The notes below the pieces were generated by a model that did no database searches, was not told the origin of the DNA, and saw only the letters and a list, made by a program, of their open reading frames with translations. From a virus (Duplodnaviria; Caudoviricetes), in the IMG/VR virus record IMGVR_UViG_3300008107_000072, positions 1,304-65,303 of that record: a stretch of DNA of 64,000 nt; one strand, written 5' to 3'. Numbering within the stretch: position 1 is the first letter of the stretch; each line of letters starts with the position of its first letter. Shown one piece after another: positions 18,501 through 30,700 of this stretch. A program made the translations under genes and the position numbers.

Positions 18501-19041
18501 TAGCATCATATCATATAGCGAGCCAAGGAAGGTATTTGTATCTAGGCATGGTTATACTGGAGCTACGTCATTCCTTTTTGTAAACGGGTTTGTTTGGTCT
18601 TTCTTTGTAAACGCGTATATTCATAACAACTCAAGCAGGTGTTTGTTCTATGGGGCTCAATCAGGAGGTTCTATAACAACCGTATTCAATTCGAATGTAA
18701 ACTTCAAGAAAACATATACAGCAATAGAGATTTCTGCCACGCAATTTGTTCCTGGTAACTTGTGGGCTGGGAATCTTTCTACAGGGCCTAATACTAACCA
18801 ATCTACGTCAATAACGCAAGATGACTTTGTTAAAAGTTATGCTTCTAGCGGTATAGCGACTAAGGAGTTTAAGGGTAATGCTACTATAAAGCGTAACGAG
18901 CTTTCGTCGGCAGGAAAGTATTTTGGAGAGCCTATGAAAGGGTTGTATGCTGTTCTTACTTTATCGAATTTCACACCTTCAAATACAAAATTAATTTCTG
19001 TATCTTTGAAATATATTCAATCACCTTTAACGAATACATGA
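15550..19041 (+). CDS. Tail stabilization/muzzle protein (P22 gp10-like position)
   Basis: 1163 aa; GGLNLD....LPQGDYIDALN N-terminus and C-terminal beta-propeller-like region. Confidence 0.75.
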   Translation: MIDLRRYTGGLNLDTAAEFLPQGDYIDALNVSVGSEGVEKILGTTEIQSIVNPSNGTNWVCGSHFDKTRQKVYYFIFNSQQFHTIVSIDVPTLTSTILFQDKTNTGGTSILNWGTDASYNPNKIIKDIKVIYRDNGGDLVYFIDPLKRPLKFNTSTLPTLSSTNDVILDYFKVIKAPPVSQPICSYYDASGRSVNNLRKKLFQFKSRFIYDDDEKSVWSAVSKVPLPTKANDDAYYADGTKSNAIYVGVQTGDKNIKKIEVAGRVNIDSVWSDFFLIDTINKSQLSISDNSTYQYSFFNDGSYVPIDIEEGNLLFDYVPDEANALELANGNTLVYGGIKEGLPRLSNFDVDTSTIESTPAIPGSVIFNESSNNLTLDDPSAPPYTYYNTEQVVELTGTVNQGDIITFGFSLYQSDPLDINNLNPIFEPPITYTVTAGQTLYDAIVSIVNQINSTSTNLTAVITYNLGDYTILRFLTNSFDKYFISGTFLGGGTSFTFTPFVGSTGNSTDSISTLKWKGRYKYGLVYYSNDGKTNGVYIGNDKNLTVDIPEYKEVAGQPKIFSVQMDINHEPPSWASYYHVVRTKELTSSFSKFFITKATIVSETSQTPAPYIYLNIQNISVHGQEIPASSTIINYTSSSFVKGDRVRIIKNTTSGTVFTGQKDYEILGVVAKGGSDIHLKLAFVSGMNISLSPNDKYLIEILRPSAIISNDAENVYYEIGERFNIGVDINGNLIHNGSSQNQIIGIGVQPAILRLTDGDYYTRLRKLVTGEFSGVAQYTEYTCMDANFSDFWESGVWGQGRPLVIDETAKSQYFPALLRFSNSYIQGSNINNLNRFYPENQEEADNSFGDILRLKTRENFIRMFQRYKVAMIPIYRSIIVDNATSTQVALSEKLLNRPNYYAGEYGIDKYGSSLVSTDYGDYFLDTINRAIVRVSLDGMTNISDTYNVSAYANDNLDENSYGYGYFNYENRQVVMLSGRAGYQNSIISYSEPRKVFVSRHGYTGATSFLFVNGFVWSFFVNAYIHNNSSRCLFYGAQSGGSITTVFNSNVNFKKTYTAIEISATQFVPGNLWAGNLSTGPNTNQSTSITQDDFVKSYASSGIATKEFKGNATIKRNELSSAGKYFGEPMKGLYAVLTLSNFTPSNTKLISVSLKYIQSPLTNT

Positions 19042-19042
19042 T

Positions 19043-19762
19043 ATGATTGACCCTATTACTATGCTTGCAATAGGAGCAGGAACAAAGGCGCTTTTAGGAG
19101 TTGGGCAGGCTTTATTTTCAGGAAGGAAAAGAGCCGAGCCTAAATATGAGATACCTAAAGAGGTAGAAGAAGCTGTAGGTTTAGCTAGAGGTATGGCTGC
19201 TGAAGGTATGCCGGAGGCTCAACGTATGGCTGCTTTGCAGAATATTCAGCAATCGGCTGTGCAGGCAGGAAGGACAGCTGCTATGGCTGGAAGAGGGGCT
19301 ATGCTTGGCTCTATGGGAAATATACAAGCTCAGCAGGACAGGTCTGTTCTTAATTTAGCTTCTCAAGATGCTGCTATGCGTCAGCAGAATCAAAGATTTA
19401 TGTATTCTGCGTTGAGGGCTAAGGCTCAGGATAAGGACAAGGCTTTTGCTAATCAATGGCAGTCTTGGATGAATGAAGAGCAACGACGCAGAGCATTGAG
19501 AGGAGCTAGTATGCAGAATATAGGCGGAGCTGTTGATACGATGATGGGAGGAATGATTCAATTACAATCTATTCTTGGCACTGATAAAGTTCAAGATGAC
19601 ATGAATCAAATTACTCCTACATCAGAAAGAATCCCTATTAGCGGTGCTTTAAGTAGAGCAATATCAAGACCTACTATGCCAAGTGTTCCTCAACCAAGCT
19701 ATGGATTTACGCCTAGCCAAATGACATCTAGAGGAATTTTCCAAAGTTTAATAAGAAGATAA
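19043..19762 (+). CDS. Internal virion/ejection protein
   Basis: MIDPITMLAIGAG hydrophobic N-terminus and A/Q/M-rich helices. Confidence 0.6.
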   Translation: MIDPITMLAIGAGTKALLGVGQALFSGRKRAEPKYEIPKEVEEAVGLARGMAAEGMPEAQRMAALQNIQQSAVQAGRTAAMAGRGAMLGSMGNIQAQQDRSVLNLASQDAAMRQQNQRFMYSALRAKAQDKDKAFANQWQSWMNEEQRRRALRGASMQNIGGAVDTMMGGMIQLQSILGTDKVQDDMNQITPTSERIPISGALSRAISRPTMPSVPQPSYGFTPSQMTSRGIFQSLIRR

Positions 19763-19779
19763 AAGCAAAGTAATACAAT

Positions 19780-21351
19780 ATGGCAGAAGTAAGACAGATA
19801 CCATCGGCGGTAGGTGCTTTTGAAGCACAGGTAATAGATTTCAATAAGACGTACAGTGCCATTGTGCAGAATGCTAATGCAGCAAGAAGAAGGCAGATAC
19901 AGGCGCAGCAAGATGTAGAAAAGCGTATAGATGTATCTTTAGCCGATAAGCGCGCTATACGGCCTCAAGATAGCGACTATATTGAAGAAAAGCGTCAAGA
20001 TGTATACAATTACTATTTCCAAAATAGAGATAATATCCTTGCAGGAGGTAAGGCTGCCGGGGAGTTAAAGATGAAAATGGGGGAATTTACAAGCGCTATT
20101 AATCAATCATCATCCTTAAATAAAAGAGGCGTAAATCTTAATCCAGCTTGGAAAGAGGCAATGAAAGACAAAAATCAAATGGATGATGGTCTTACGGAAG
20201 CTTTTAACTTATGGTCTCTACCGATAAATGACCCTAAAAGAAAACAGGGAAAGTTCATGAGAGATGGCGTAGAGGCTGATATTGATGAATTTGACGTTCC
20301 TGATATTTCCTATTTCCAAAAGTTTGACGAAGCTAAAGACTTGGACAAGGTGATTACAGAAAACGTTAAGGCATATACTCCTGATAAAATGACTCTTTCT
20401 ACGAATAAAAGACTCGGGATATATGTTGACCAACTTAAGGAGTTAAGGATATATGACCCTGCTCACCAAGTAAAAGAAGTTGAGTCTGTAGCAAACTCTA
20501 AGCCTAGAGCTTTTTTAACACACTTTAAACCTCAGTTTGAGATATACAAGTCTCAGCCACAGGAGGACAGAGACCTTGAATTTAAGAAGGTTATTGATTC
20601 TTATAGAGATATGGCAGGAGTTGATATGACATCTTGGTTTGCAAAGCAAGGTGGAACTCCTGGTATAGATAATGAGTTAGAGTTAGCGGCATTTAAGCAG
20701 CTTGAAAGCCATCTTCCTAAGGTTATTAAAGATGTGTACGATTACAGAACACAGAGTATTTTGCTAAAGCAATGGCAACTAAATTTATATAGACAAAGGT
20801 TTGCTTTCCAAAAAGAGAAAGAAGCTGAACTTGAAGGATTTGATGCTGCTCTTACGAAATCAATTAAAAGTGGTAAGTTTAATAAAAATGAGTGGAACGC
20901 ATATATGAATGGTTGGTCAAACATTGACCATCCTGGAGCAGGAGGAGTAAGGGCTGGTGGATATAATTTTTCTGACCCTGACAGCAAAGGAAGGGTTACT
21001 GTTACTTACTATACGCAAGTTCCATTAACTGGTGCTGATTCAAAATATCTTACATCTGCAAATGGTGTTACTAAGCAAATGGCAGAAGCTAATGTAAAAG
21101 CAAATAGTAAGCTCAGAAGTGCATCTACAAACGTAAAGGCTGAGTTGTCAAAAGATGGTATTTGGTATGCTCAAATGGAAAGAACAGCAATATTAGACCC
21201 TAAAGCTGCTAATTTAGCTCCTGATATATCTAACATGAACTCTTATATTCAAAATGCTATACCAATAGAACAAGCTAAAACAGAATTTGACGAGGGAAGA
21301 AAAGGCAAGAAAGGGAAAGAGTCTAAACAATTTATACCAAAAAAATATTAA
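19780..21351 (+). CDS. Internal virion/cargo protein
   Basis: 523-aa helical ORF between the ejection genes. Confidence 0.6.
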   Translation: MAEVRQIPSAVGAFEAQVIDFNKTYSAIVQNANAARRRQIQAQQDVEKRIDVSLADKRAIRPQDSDYIEEKRQDVYNYYFQNRDNILAGGKAAGELKMKMGEFTSAINQSSSLNKRGVNLNPAWKEAMKDKNQMDDGLTEAFNLWSLPINDPKRKQGKFMRDGVEADIDEFDVPDISYFQKFDEAKDLDKVITENVKAYTPDKMTLSTNKRLGIYVDQLKELRIYDPAHQVKEVESVANSKPRAFLTHFKPQFEIYKSQPQEDRDLEFKKVIDSYRDMAGVDMTSWFAKQGGTPGIDNELELAAFKQLESHLPKVIKDVYDYRTQSILLKQWQLNLYRQRFAFQKEKEAELEGFDAALTKSIKSGKFNKNEWNAYMNGWSNIDHPGAGGVRAGGYNFSDPDSKGRVTVTYYTQVPLTGADSKYLTSANGVTKQMAEANVKANSKLRSASTNVKAELSKDGIWYAQMERTAILDPKAANLAPDISNMNSYIQNAIPIEQAKTEFDEGRKGKKGKESKQFIPKKY

Positions 21352-21361
21352 TATTTTAAAT

Positions 21362-21634
21362 ATGCCACTATTAAAGAAAAAGAAGAATAAGGCTTCCATG
21401 CCTGTAAAGGCGGACAACGCAATTAAGTCGCCTGTAAATCAATCAATTACAATGACTCAGCCTACAACAATGGCTCAGCCATCTCAGATGCAGCAGCCTG
21501 CTCAAATGGCTAACCCGATGAGTATGTTGAGCCCTACACAGACAGCTACTTTAGCTTCTGCGTTAGCGGATGTTACTGGTACTGTAATGGCCAATAAGAA
21601 GCCTAAGTTTTCCAAGAAGAAAACTAAAGTTTAA
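21362..21634 (+). CDS. Small protein with basic termini and an M/Q/P-rich middle
   Basis: Start moved to ATG 21362 (MPLLKKKK) with an AT-rich leader; followed by a terminator. Confidence 0.6.
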   Translation: MPLLKKKKNKASMPVKADNAIKSPVNQSITMTQPTTMAQPSQMQQPAQMANPMSMLSPTQTATLASALADVTGTVMANKKPKFSKKKTKV

Positions 21635-21656
21635 TATATTCGGCTAATATCTTAAT

Positions 21657-21690
21657 AGTCTTAATACTATATGTGTTAGGACTTTTTTTC
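21657..21690 (+). terminator. Intrinsic terminator
   Basis: AGTCTTAATAC-loop-GTGTTAGGACT followed by a T run. Confidence 0.7.
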
Positions 21691-21712
21691 TTTTATTCTT
21701 ACCAAGAATTAT

Positions 21713-21720
21713 TATATTTG
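21713..21720 (+). promoter_or_regulatory. TAnnTTTG promoter, probably giving a leaderless mRNA
   Basis: TATATTTG-GGCT-ATG(21725). Confidence 0.65.
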
Positions 21721-21724
21721 GGCT

Positions 21725-24700
21725 ATGGCAGAACAGCAATTCCCCTTAAGTCAAGAAGAGTTAAACCAAGAAGAATTTAAGCCTGACGTGGCGAATATAT
21801 TAGGCTACGATAAGGATATGTTCAACACCAAAGACTCTTTTGGAGAACTACCAAAAATAAACCCACAAGAACAGATACAGCTATTTGACGATGTGCCTGT
21901 TGGGAAAGAGCAGAAAAATGCTTTATTAAATCTAAATACAATATCGGAAGAGTCACTAGAAAACGTATCTATTGACGCAGACGGCAACTACGATTTTGCC
22001 ACTAAAGTAGATGACGGTACTGGCATTATGATGAATCAGGAGTTTGAAGACCCTATTCTTGAAAAGAAAAAGAAAGAACTGATTGATGATGTCAATAAAA
22101 GGAAAGACCAGGAAATAGAGACTCTTAAAGTAGATGCAGACCAGAAGGTAGCATCAGGGGAACTTAAAAAAAGCCGCAGAGACAGATACATAGAGAAGAA
22201 TCAGAAGGAGATAGAGAAGAGGTATAAGAAAGAAGCGGAAGATGGGTATAAAAATATATATAAAGAAGCTAATGAAAATAAGGATAAACCCTTAGTTAAA
22301 TTTAAAAATAGATTAAATAAATATAGCGAAGGTATAAATAACTTATGGGGTGTTGTTCAGAAATTACAAGCTGGAGATGTTATATCTCAAGAGGACTATA
22401 TATCAAGCTACTCAGACCCTGAATTTCAGAGTAAATATTTAGAGGTTAAAGGCAGAGGTATTTCAAGTATTAATCAGTTCAAAAGCGAATACGAAAAAGG
22501 TGGGAATGTAAAGGCAGGAGATATTTACTTAGGCTACATTACAGGAAATACATATTTAACAACCGATGCTTTTAAGAAAAGTTCAAGACCTGTATATTTC
22601 GAGGCTACGGTAGACAAAAAAGGCAATAAGACTATAAAGTCTGTTAAGCCTGCATTTGTGCATCCTGTTACCAAGCAAGTTATAGGTGCTTATGTGCCCC
22701 CACAAAGGGGCTCCAGTGATGTTTTAATTAACCCTGCTTATACTGCTATAGCTGGTTATTCTGACCAGATAGCAGGAATTGATAAAGATGTAGAGAATGG
22801 CGTTATAGATGTATCGGAGGGGCAAAGAAGAAAAGATAATGCTAAATCTAGAAGAGCAGAATATCTAAAAAATAATATCGAAGCATTTGATGAGATTATG
22901 GCCAGCGACAAGTACAGCAAAGATGTAAAGATGGCTGTAATTGCTTCAATGTATCCTAATGAATTTAAGAAGAAATATACAGAGCTTTTAGAAAGTGGAG
23001 ATAATAATATAGCAGGTTCTATTATAGGATGGAGCATAGGTCTTCCTGCAAAGGTAATATCTACTGTAACAGGTGCAGCGGCTTCCGGTATAGACAATCT
23101 TGTTCAGGCATATCTTGGCTTGGATGATATTGAGTTCCCTATGGGAACGCTTCCATTGGAGCTTAAGAGAAATCCTGAGATAGCTTTGGAGATGGACAAT
23201 GTAGTAAAATCATCCTATAACAGAAGTTCTAAATATTTAACTAGTATAGAAGGGTTGGCTGAGCTTACTCACGCCGCAAAGGTTAATGTAAATAATAAAA
23301 AAATAGGAGCTGCGATTGCTTCAGCGCAACCATTTGTTGAAGAGTTGGACTCTGTTGTTAGAGAAATAAATAACGATAAGCAGGCTCTTGATATTAATAT
23401 AAAGAATTATTCAAATGACTTACTGGGTATATTTAACAAGAAAGGATATACGACAGCATTGAATAATGCGTATAAGTTGAACAGCGAGCTTATTAATAGC
23501 AAAGATGAAGATATAAGAAACGCTTACAGGTTTATAAGATTAAAGCAGCAGGTATTGAATCATGATGGTTCGGCAGACCAAGCATTATCTAAGTTGTCTA
23601 AGGAGGACATTGAGTTTATCAATACAGTAGGTAAGGATTTGACGCAAAATAGGATTCCATTACTAAATACGGTTGTCGGTAAAATAAATGAAGTAGCGGA
23701 TGCGTTTAATTCGGCGAAAAGTCTATATCCTACAAAAGAAGTACAAGAATATGAAAGAAAGAATAAAGTAAAGTTAGAATCAGATATTAAATCCTTTAAC
23801 GACAAGGTGACTCTTTTTACGGAAAGCGATGTAATGTCATCTGAATCATCTTCTGCGTTAGATATAATTCAAAATCTTGGTATGAAATATGACCAAGAAG
23901 CCGCTGGAAATGAATCATATACCTTTCCTTCGTTAGCAAGAATTGGGCATCAGATGCCGAAGAATTTGCTTGCTATGACGAATCCGGCTACTGGATTAGT
24001 AGTAGGGATGCTTGAAGGAGTTTCGGATATACTTAGAAGCGTTGAGTCTACGGCTAACCTTGTAGGGAATATCCAGTCTTTAGACTTTGATTTGCAAAAA
24101 ACATATATTTCTGCATCGCTGAATGAGTGGAAGCGCAATTTAGAGATTAAAACACCTGATACTGGTAACTACATCTATAACCTATCTAAGCAAATAGGTG
24201 GAGCTCTTCCTCAAATGGCAGCATTTGTAGCTTCGTTTGTGGCTGGCGGTCCTATTGGTGGTGCTTCTTATTTAACAGCTACGATGACTGGGGACAAGAT
24301 GAAAGAAGCTGCTAATGCAGGACTTGACCCTATAGAGCAAATGCTTTATACAGGATTGAGTATAGGTATCGAGTATGGTTCTGAACTAGTAACATCGGAA
24401 ACTGGATTAGCAGGAGTTAGAGGAGGTAAGTCGTTGCTTACTAAAGAGTTGCTTAAAAAGATTATGAATGTACAAACAAGGAAGGAGGCTCTTAAGGAGT
24501 ACGCTAGACTTGTTTGGAATACATCTAAGAACGTGGTTAAAAGCGGAGCGCTTGAATCTTTTGAAGAGCAGGTGTCCGATAAGTCAAACTACATATTACA
24601 GAATCTGTTTAATAACGTATTTGCCACTACATTCCAACCGTCAATGATGGGGCTTAAGGAGTCTCTTGACAACCTGCTTACAATGACGGCTACGGGAGGT

Positions 24701-27700
24701 ATATTTAAGCTTACTACTGCTATGTTTAACAGGCAAGTGCCAGTAGAAGCTAAAATGAAGACGAGACTGCAAGAGCAAGGAATGTCTGATAATAGAGCTA
24801 CTCTTGTAGCAGGTGTATCTTCTCCTAGTGGACTTAAGTCGTCGATAGACTTTGTAAATGCTGTAGAATCCGGTCAAATATCATCTCAGGATATAAACAC
24901 AGAGGAGTATGAGTATTTAAAGAATAAGCTCATTCCGCAAGCAATGCGTTTGCAGACAGAGATGTTTAATATGTCTGCTAATACAAACCTAAGTATACAG
25001 CAACGTTCTGTCGCCTTGTTCAACATGATGCAGATGAATGAGGTGAATGACAGGGTTGAAAGAGGGGAGATTTCTGCTCAAATGGGGCAGGCTGAAATAG
25101 TGCAACTTCAGGATAATATAAATAAAGCATTAAAAGATAAAGCGTTTGCAAATGAGCAGTTTGGTTTAGATGATACAGGTCTTGCTCAAAAGATTAAAGA
25201 ATACATGGGTGTAGCTGACATTGCTATCAATGAAGAAGGCGCAATGGATGCAAGAACTACCACACCTGCTGCCACACAAGAGGTAGCGCCTGCTACAGAT
25301 GTAGCAAGTAGTAAGCCTGCTATGGAGGCGAGAATGGTAGAAGCTGAAAATGATGCAAGAGCAGCTGCTTCAAGTGCTACTACTGCTGCTAATCCTATAG
25401 CAAATGAGCAACAAGCAGACGCTTCGGTGCAAGCCGAAATGGGGATGCCTGCTCAGGCTCCTTCGCAAGTTGCTGGTTTTGAAGTAGTTAACAAAGCGAC
25501 CCTTGCAGAAAGGCTCATTAACATAGTAGCATCTCCTATTAGAAAGAACAAGGCAAGAGGTAGCATGGAAAGAGAGATTAATAAAAATCCTGAGAAGGCT
25601 CTTTCTATGGAGATTTACAATACGAGAGCGCAGCTTGATATGGCTCAGGACAGGTATGATAATGCTATATCAATGAAACCTGCTGCTCCTGTTGAATTAG
25701 CCGAGATTAAATTGATTACAGATAGATTAAACAAGCTTGTAGCATTAAAAGATAATTACGCTAAAACAATACAATATGCCACTGAAATCAGCCAAGGGCT
25801 CCAGCAAGAAATCGCTCAACGACGCAATCTCTTACAACCTACGGGAACTGAGCAAGGACAACCTCAAGTCGGGCAAAGAGAAGGGGGCGTCGGGCAAACC
25901 GCGCAGCAAGCAGCAGATGCTCGCAATCGCGATTTCGTCAGCCAAGCGCAAGCCGCAGTCCAAGAAATAACAGCTGTAACAGAAAAGCCACCTATCCTAA
26001 ATAGGTATCTATCAGGTATGCAGCCTGGGCAGGAGGTTCAGTTAATGGATGAAATAGCAGCACAAGTAGTTACTAATGAAGCTGCTGCGGTACGTCAATT
26101 TGGACAACCCGTCGTTGACAGGGTAAAACAATACGTTGCTGATACAAACTTTACTACAGACCTTCCTATTGTAAGAGATGCTATGGTTCGCCAAGCGGAG
26201 CAGAGCGTTGGTCAGGCAGAGCAGGAAGCTAATACAGTAATAGCAAGACAGAATCAGAATACATCTAAGCAGCATAAGAAAGCGGTAGTTAAACTCGTAG
26301 AAAGACTTAAGCAAGCCTTCCCGAATGTAAAGGTATTTATGGATAAGAAAGGGTTTGAGGCTGCTATACAAGACCCTGCTGCAAGAGAGTTGATGACAAA
26401 GGGTGGTGTGGTGTATGGTAGAGTATTAAATGGAAATGTATATCTGAATCCTGACTTTTCAAACTACAACACACCGCTGCATGAGTTTGGGCATCTATGG
26501 TTGAATGTGGCTAAGGAGGCATCTCCGAACATATACAACCGAGGGTTGGAGCTGATTCGTGATAGTGAATACGTTACACGTCTTGAAGGAGACCCTTTGT
26601 ATAATGGGTTAACCAAAGAGGAGCTTGAGGAGGAGGCGTTGGCTACTGCTATTGGAGATAGAGGTGAGCAGCTTGTATTAGAATCGCAGAAGAAAGGGTT
26701 TAGAGGATGGATGACAAGATTGCTACGCAAGATGGCTCAGTATGTAGGCATTATGAATATGTCTAGCAGCGAGCTTCGTAGTTTAGACCTTGACGCTTAT
26801 TTGAATATGGTGAATGCCAGCTTGCTTGCTGGTCAGCCATTGACCAGAGAGTCTATCAGAGCAAGTGGTTTTCAGATAATAGGAGAAAACGCACAGTTAT
26901 CTAAAAATATTATAAATAATCTTGGTGTTGCAAAAGATATGGAGGCATTAGGAAAAGATGCCTTAAATATAAGAATAGCTACGGGATGGGAAAAAGGAGC
27001 AGACAATAAATGGAGATACGAGATAATAGATGGCACATACAAAAGAAACTTATTTACTATTATTAAAGAGGCAACCGTAGGTCTTACAATAGGAGACGTA
27101 TATGATAATAAAGAATTATTCAGAGCATATCCTAAATTAAAATCTCTTCCATTTAAAGTAGAAGCGCTAAAGATTGGAGATAATGGGTACTATGATGGTT
27201 CTGGAATAGTGATGAATAAAACACTTGTTACTGATGACGAATTTTCATCAAGAGATAATATTATAAAGTCTACATTGCTTCACGAATTACAGCACGCTAT
27301 ACAAGACATAGAAGGATTCTCTATTGGTGGAAATGAATATTTTAAAGAATATACAAAATTAGCTGGAGAAGTTGAAGCCAGGAATGTTTCAAAGAGGATG
27401 AATATGACTCTTGGCGAAAGAAGAATGAATTTGCTGCAAGAAACAGAAGACGTAGCAAGAGAAGACCAAGTACTTTTCTTTAATAATTTTGCTTCACAAT
27501 TCATGGCTAAGATGGACAATAGTGTTAAAAACGCATTGACCAGAGTAGCACAGGAGCGTTTCAACTTAGCTATTGCAAAAGGAATGGATTTAGAAGCAGC
27601 TAGGGCAGAAGCGTTCACTAAACTTACAGAGTTCGTTATAGGTAATTACCTTAACAAATCAAACTATGCTGAAATATTAGATGGGCTTTCCGGCATAGTA

Positions 27701-30700
27701 TTGAACGTATCTGAGTCTGAAAGACAAAGAGTTATAGAGCAGAAGAAGACTGAAAAGTTAAATCAGCTATTTAGATTCTCTGAGATTCAGGCAATCGCAA
27801 CGATGGCAAACGAGGAGGCTTTAAGACTTGCACAAGGCAAGATTAAAGCTTCCGATGCCATCACGCAGGTTACTGAAAAAGTGAAGGCTGAAATAGAAGC
27901 TCTGTTTGCTGGCAATAAAGCTCCGGCAGGAGTATCTTGGATTAATGCAATGGCTCTTGCTCCCTCTATTGCTGCTGATGCAGTAATGGCTGCCTTCCCT
28001 GCTACAAACAGAAAGTCTTTGGTGAATGAGGATATTGTTATTATGACTACTTCTCAATTTGTTCGTAAGATTATATCTGATAAGATACGTGCTATAAAAG
28101 ATGTAGAGAAGCGTGCAGAAAAAGATATAAAAGCTACAGAGAAGCGTACAGAAAAAGCTATAAAAGATGCAGAAAAAGCTACGGAAAAAGCTATAAAAGC
28201 TACTGAAAAATCTACAAAAAAAGATATAAAAAGTAGAACAGAGTCTATAATAGAAGCTGTAAAAGAGATATTCAAGCAGATGTCAGATACTTACGGTAAG
28301 GGATTAAAACTATCTCCTTCTAAAGTAAATGCCATCATTGCCGAGATAGATGCAAATGTTTTCAGTCGGGAAGATATAATGTCAGCAACTGAGGAAGCGG
28401 CTAACGCTATATCTAACATCATTGAGAAGGAGTATAGAAAGAAACTTATTGATGAGTCTGTTGCTCTCTTGGATAAGCTAAAAGCTAAAACAGCTAAAGC
28501 TAAGTATACCGGGGATATGCTCAATAAGGCGATGACTCTTTTGGGTATAAATACTACCGATTGGAAAAATAGTGATGCTACTCTTGAAGATATATCTCTG
28601 TTCAATACAGCAATAAATAAGATTTTAGCAGGAGATGTTTCTCAGTTTGACTTTGCTATGTCTAAGGCAGGAGATATTCAGGTTGAAAATAATACTAAGA
28701 TTAGCAGTGAGTTTGACAGCCTCATGGGTAAGATGAATAGGATGATTGCTAAGGCAGGAAATCTTGATACTTCTGATTACGCATCTATAGCAGCTCTTTA
28801 TAATGCAATGATAGATGTTAAGGAGCGTAAGGGTGATTTGTCGGCTTTTACTGCTGAGCAGTTAGCTAAGCTAGAGCAGAAGTACTCTGATGTTATAGCT
28901 TCTATACCTGGCTCATTAACAATAGCTAAAATTGTAGAACAGAAAGAACGTGAAATAACTAATGACCTTAAGACGAAGGCTGATTTGCTAGCGTCTGAAT
29001 TAATATCAGAATCATCTGATATTCGGATGAAGATTAAAAATCCGCTTAGCTTACATAAGGCAATGCTGTTTTCATCATTTATACTTCAAGGTGATTATCT
29101 TGACAGCTTAGATACTAATGGTAAGCTTGCTCTTATTAACGCATTAGACAATATAATAATATACGGGAACTACAACTACGATGCTTATGTTCAGGATATA
29201 AAAGCAAGGAAGTATTACTTAAAAACTAATACTATTGATGCCGTAATGAATATGGCAAGAAGAAGAAGGACAACCTTAGCGTCTCCAGGTCATACAGGTC
29301 TTATTTTTAACAAGCTAAAAAACTTCTTAAGAATATTTACAGACGTAGAAGGTACTACTCCTTCTGCTCAGCTCATAGCAGACAACTTTGACCTATTAAG
29401 GCTTCAATCAATGGACGTAGAGCTGTTTAGCGGTTATGATGATTTCAATATGGGATTTTTGGAGAGAGATATATTCGCTCCAATGGCTTCAGGGGTAGAC
29501 GGTGCTGTAAACAGAACGCAGGCTAAGTTGCAGAACTTGCAAGATGCGATGCTGCTATTAGGCGACCAGTCTAATAGAAACGTTGTTAAAAAAGCAATTA
29601 AAGGAGTTAGAGAGCAGTATGGATTAGGCTCAGACCTTAATATGAGAAGGCTGTTTGCTATGTTTAAGAGAGGCTCAAACGAAAATATGTACGTTGAGAT
29701 TTCTACTCGCATGGCAACTATTATTGCCCATCAAATAGACCATATCTCAAACCTTAAAGAAGGTCAACAGGCTGACGATATGATTCTGAAAAGAAACATA
29801 TTAGATGGTATGGCTGAAAAGGAAAAAGAGGGTAAAACGATGGCAGATAGGTACGGTAAACTTGGTGGACTTAGCACGCTTACTGGCAAGTACGATGACC
29901 TTCTTGACGCAATAGCTTATGCCGCATTAACAAATAACGGAACAGAAACCCTTGCAGGAATAAGTCAAGAGGATTTACTAAATAAGTTAACTCCTTCTCA
30001 GAAAAAAGCGATTGTATCTTGGAGAGAGTTTATAAACGGTAACAAAGATTTGGTAGAGTCAGCGATGATTGTTAGGGGTAATATGAAGGCTCTGATTAAG
30101 AACTACTTCCCTAGAATGTTATCTTCATCTCAAGATGTAAGCAGCATAACCGATTATGATTCATACATGAATAGCCAGTCGGAAAACGTAGGGCTTAATG
30201 ATGGACAGATAAGTAGTCGTATTGGAGATAAAGGCAAGATAAGCCTTAATGGAAACAAGGTTCTTTTAAATAACCTTAAAGCACTTCATCTTCTAAACGA
30301 AATGCAGCCTTATGTCGACCAGATTAAAGCTGTTGGAGAAGCGGTTGAAGAGCTTAAGACATTAGCGTCTAAGGAAACAAATGAAGAGAAGAAAAGAGAA
30401 TATAACTTCGCAGCCGCATACGCAGAAGGTATTTCTATTACAATTAAAAACAGGCTAGATAATTCATTGCTTAATGGAGACAAGTCTTTGAATAACAGTT
30501 ACAACTTTGCTGCTAAAGCAATAGGTGTTACTCAAAAGTTTGCTGCTAAGCTTTGGTTAGTCGGTACTATCAGGCAGGTACTATCCGATTATCCTGCTAA
30601 CATAATAAAGACTTCTGCCGCTTTAGCTTCTGCTAATAAGTCTGCTAAGAGAGCGCCTAGTCTGCAAGCTTGGAGATTACTATTCCCAAGTAAGTCTGCT

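Noticed and set aside
28094-28231. CRISPR-like array
   Set aside because: Contiguous in-frame 33-bp coding repeats with no spacers; no cas genes.
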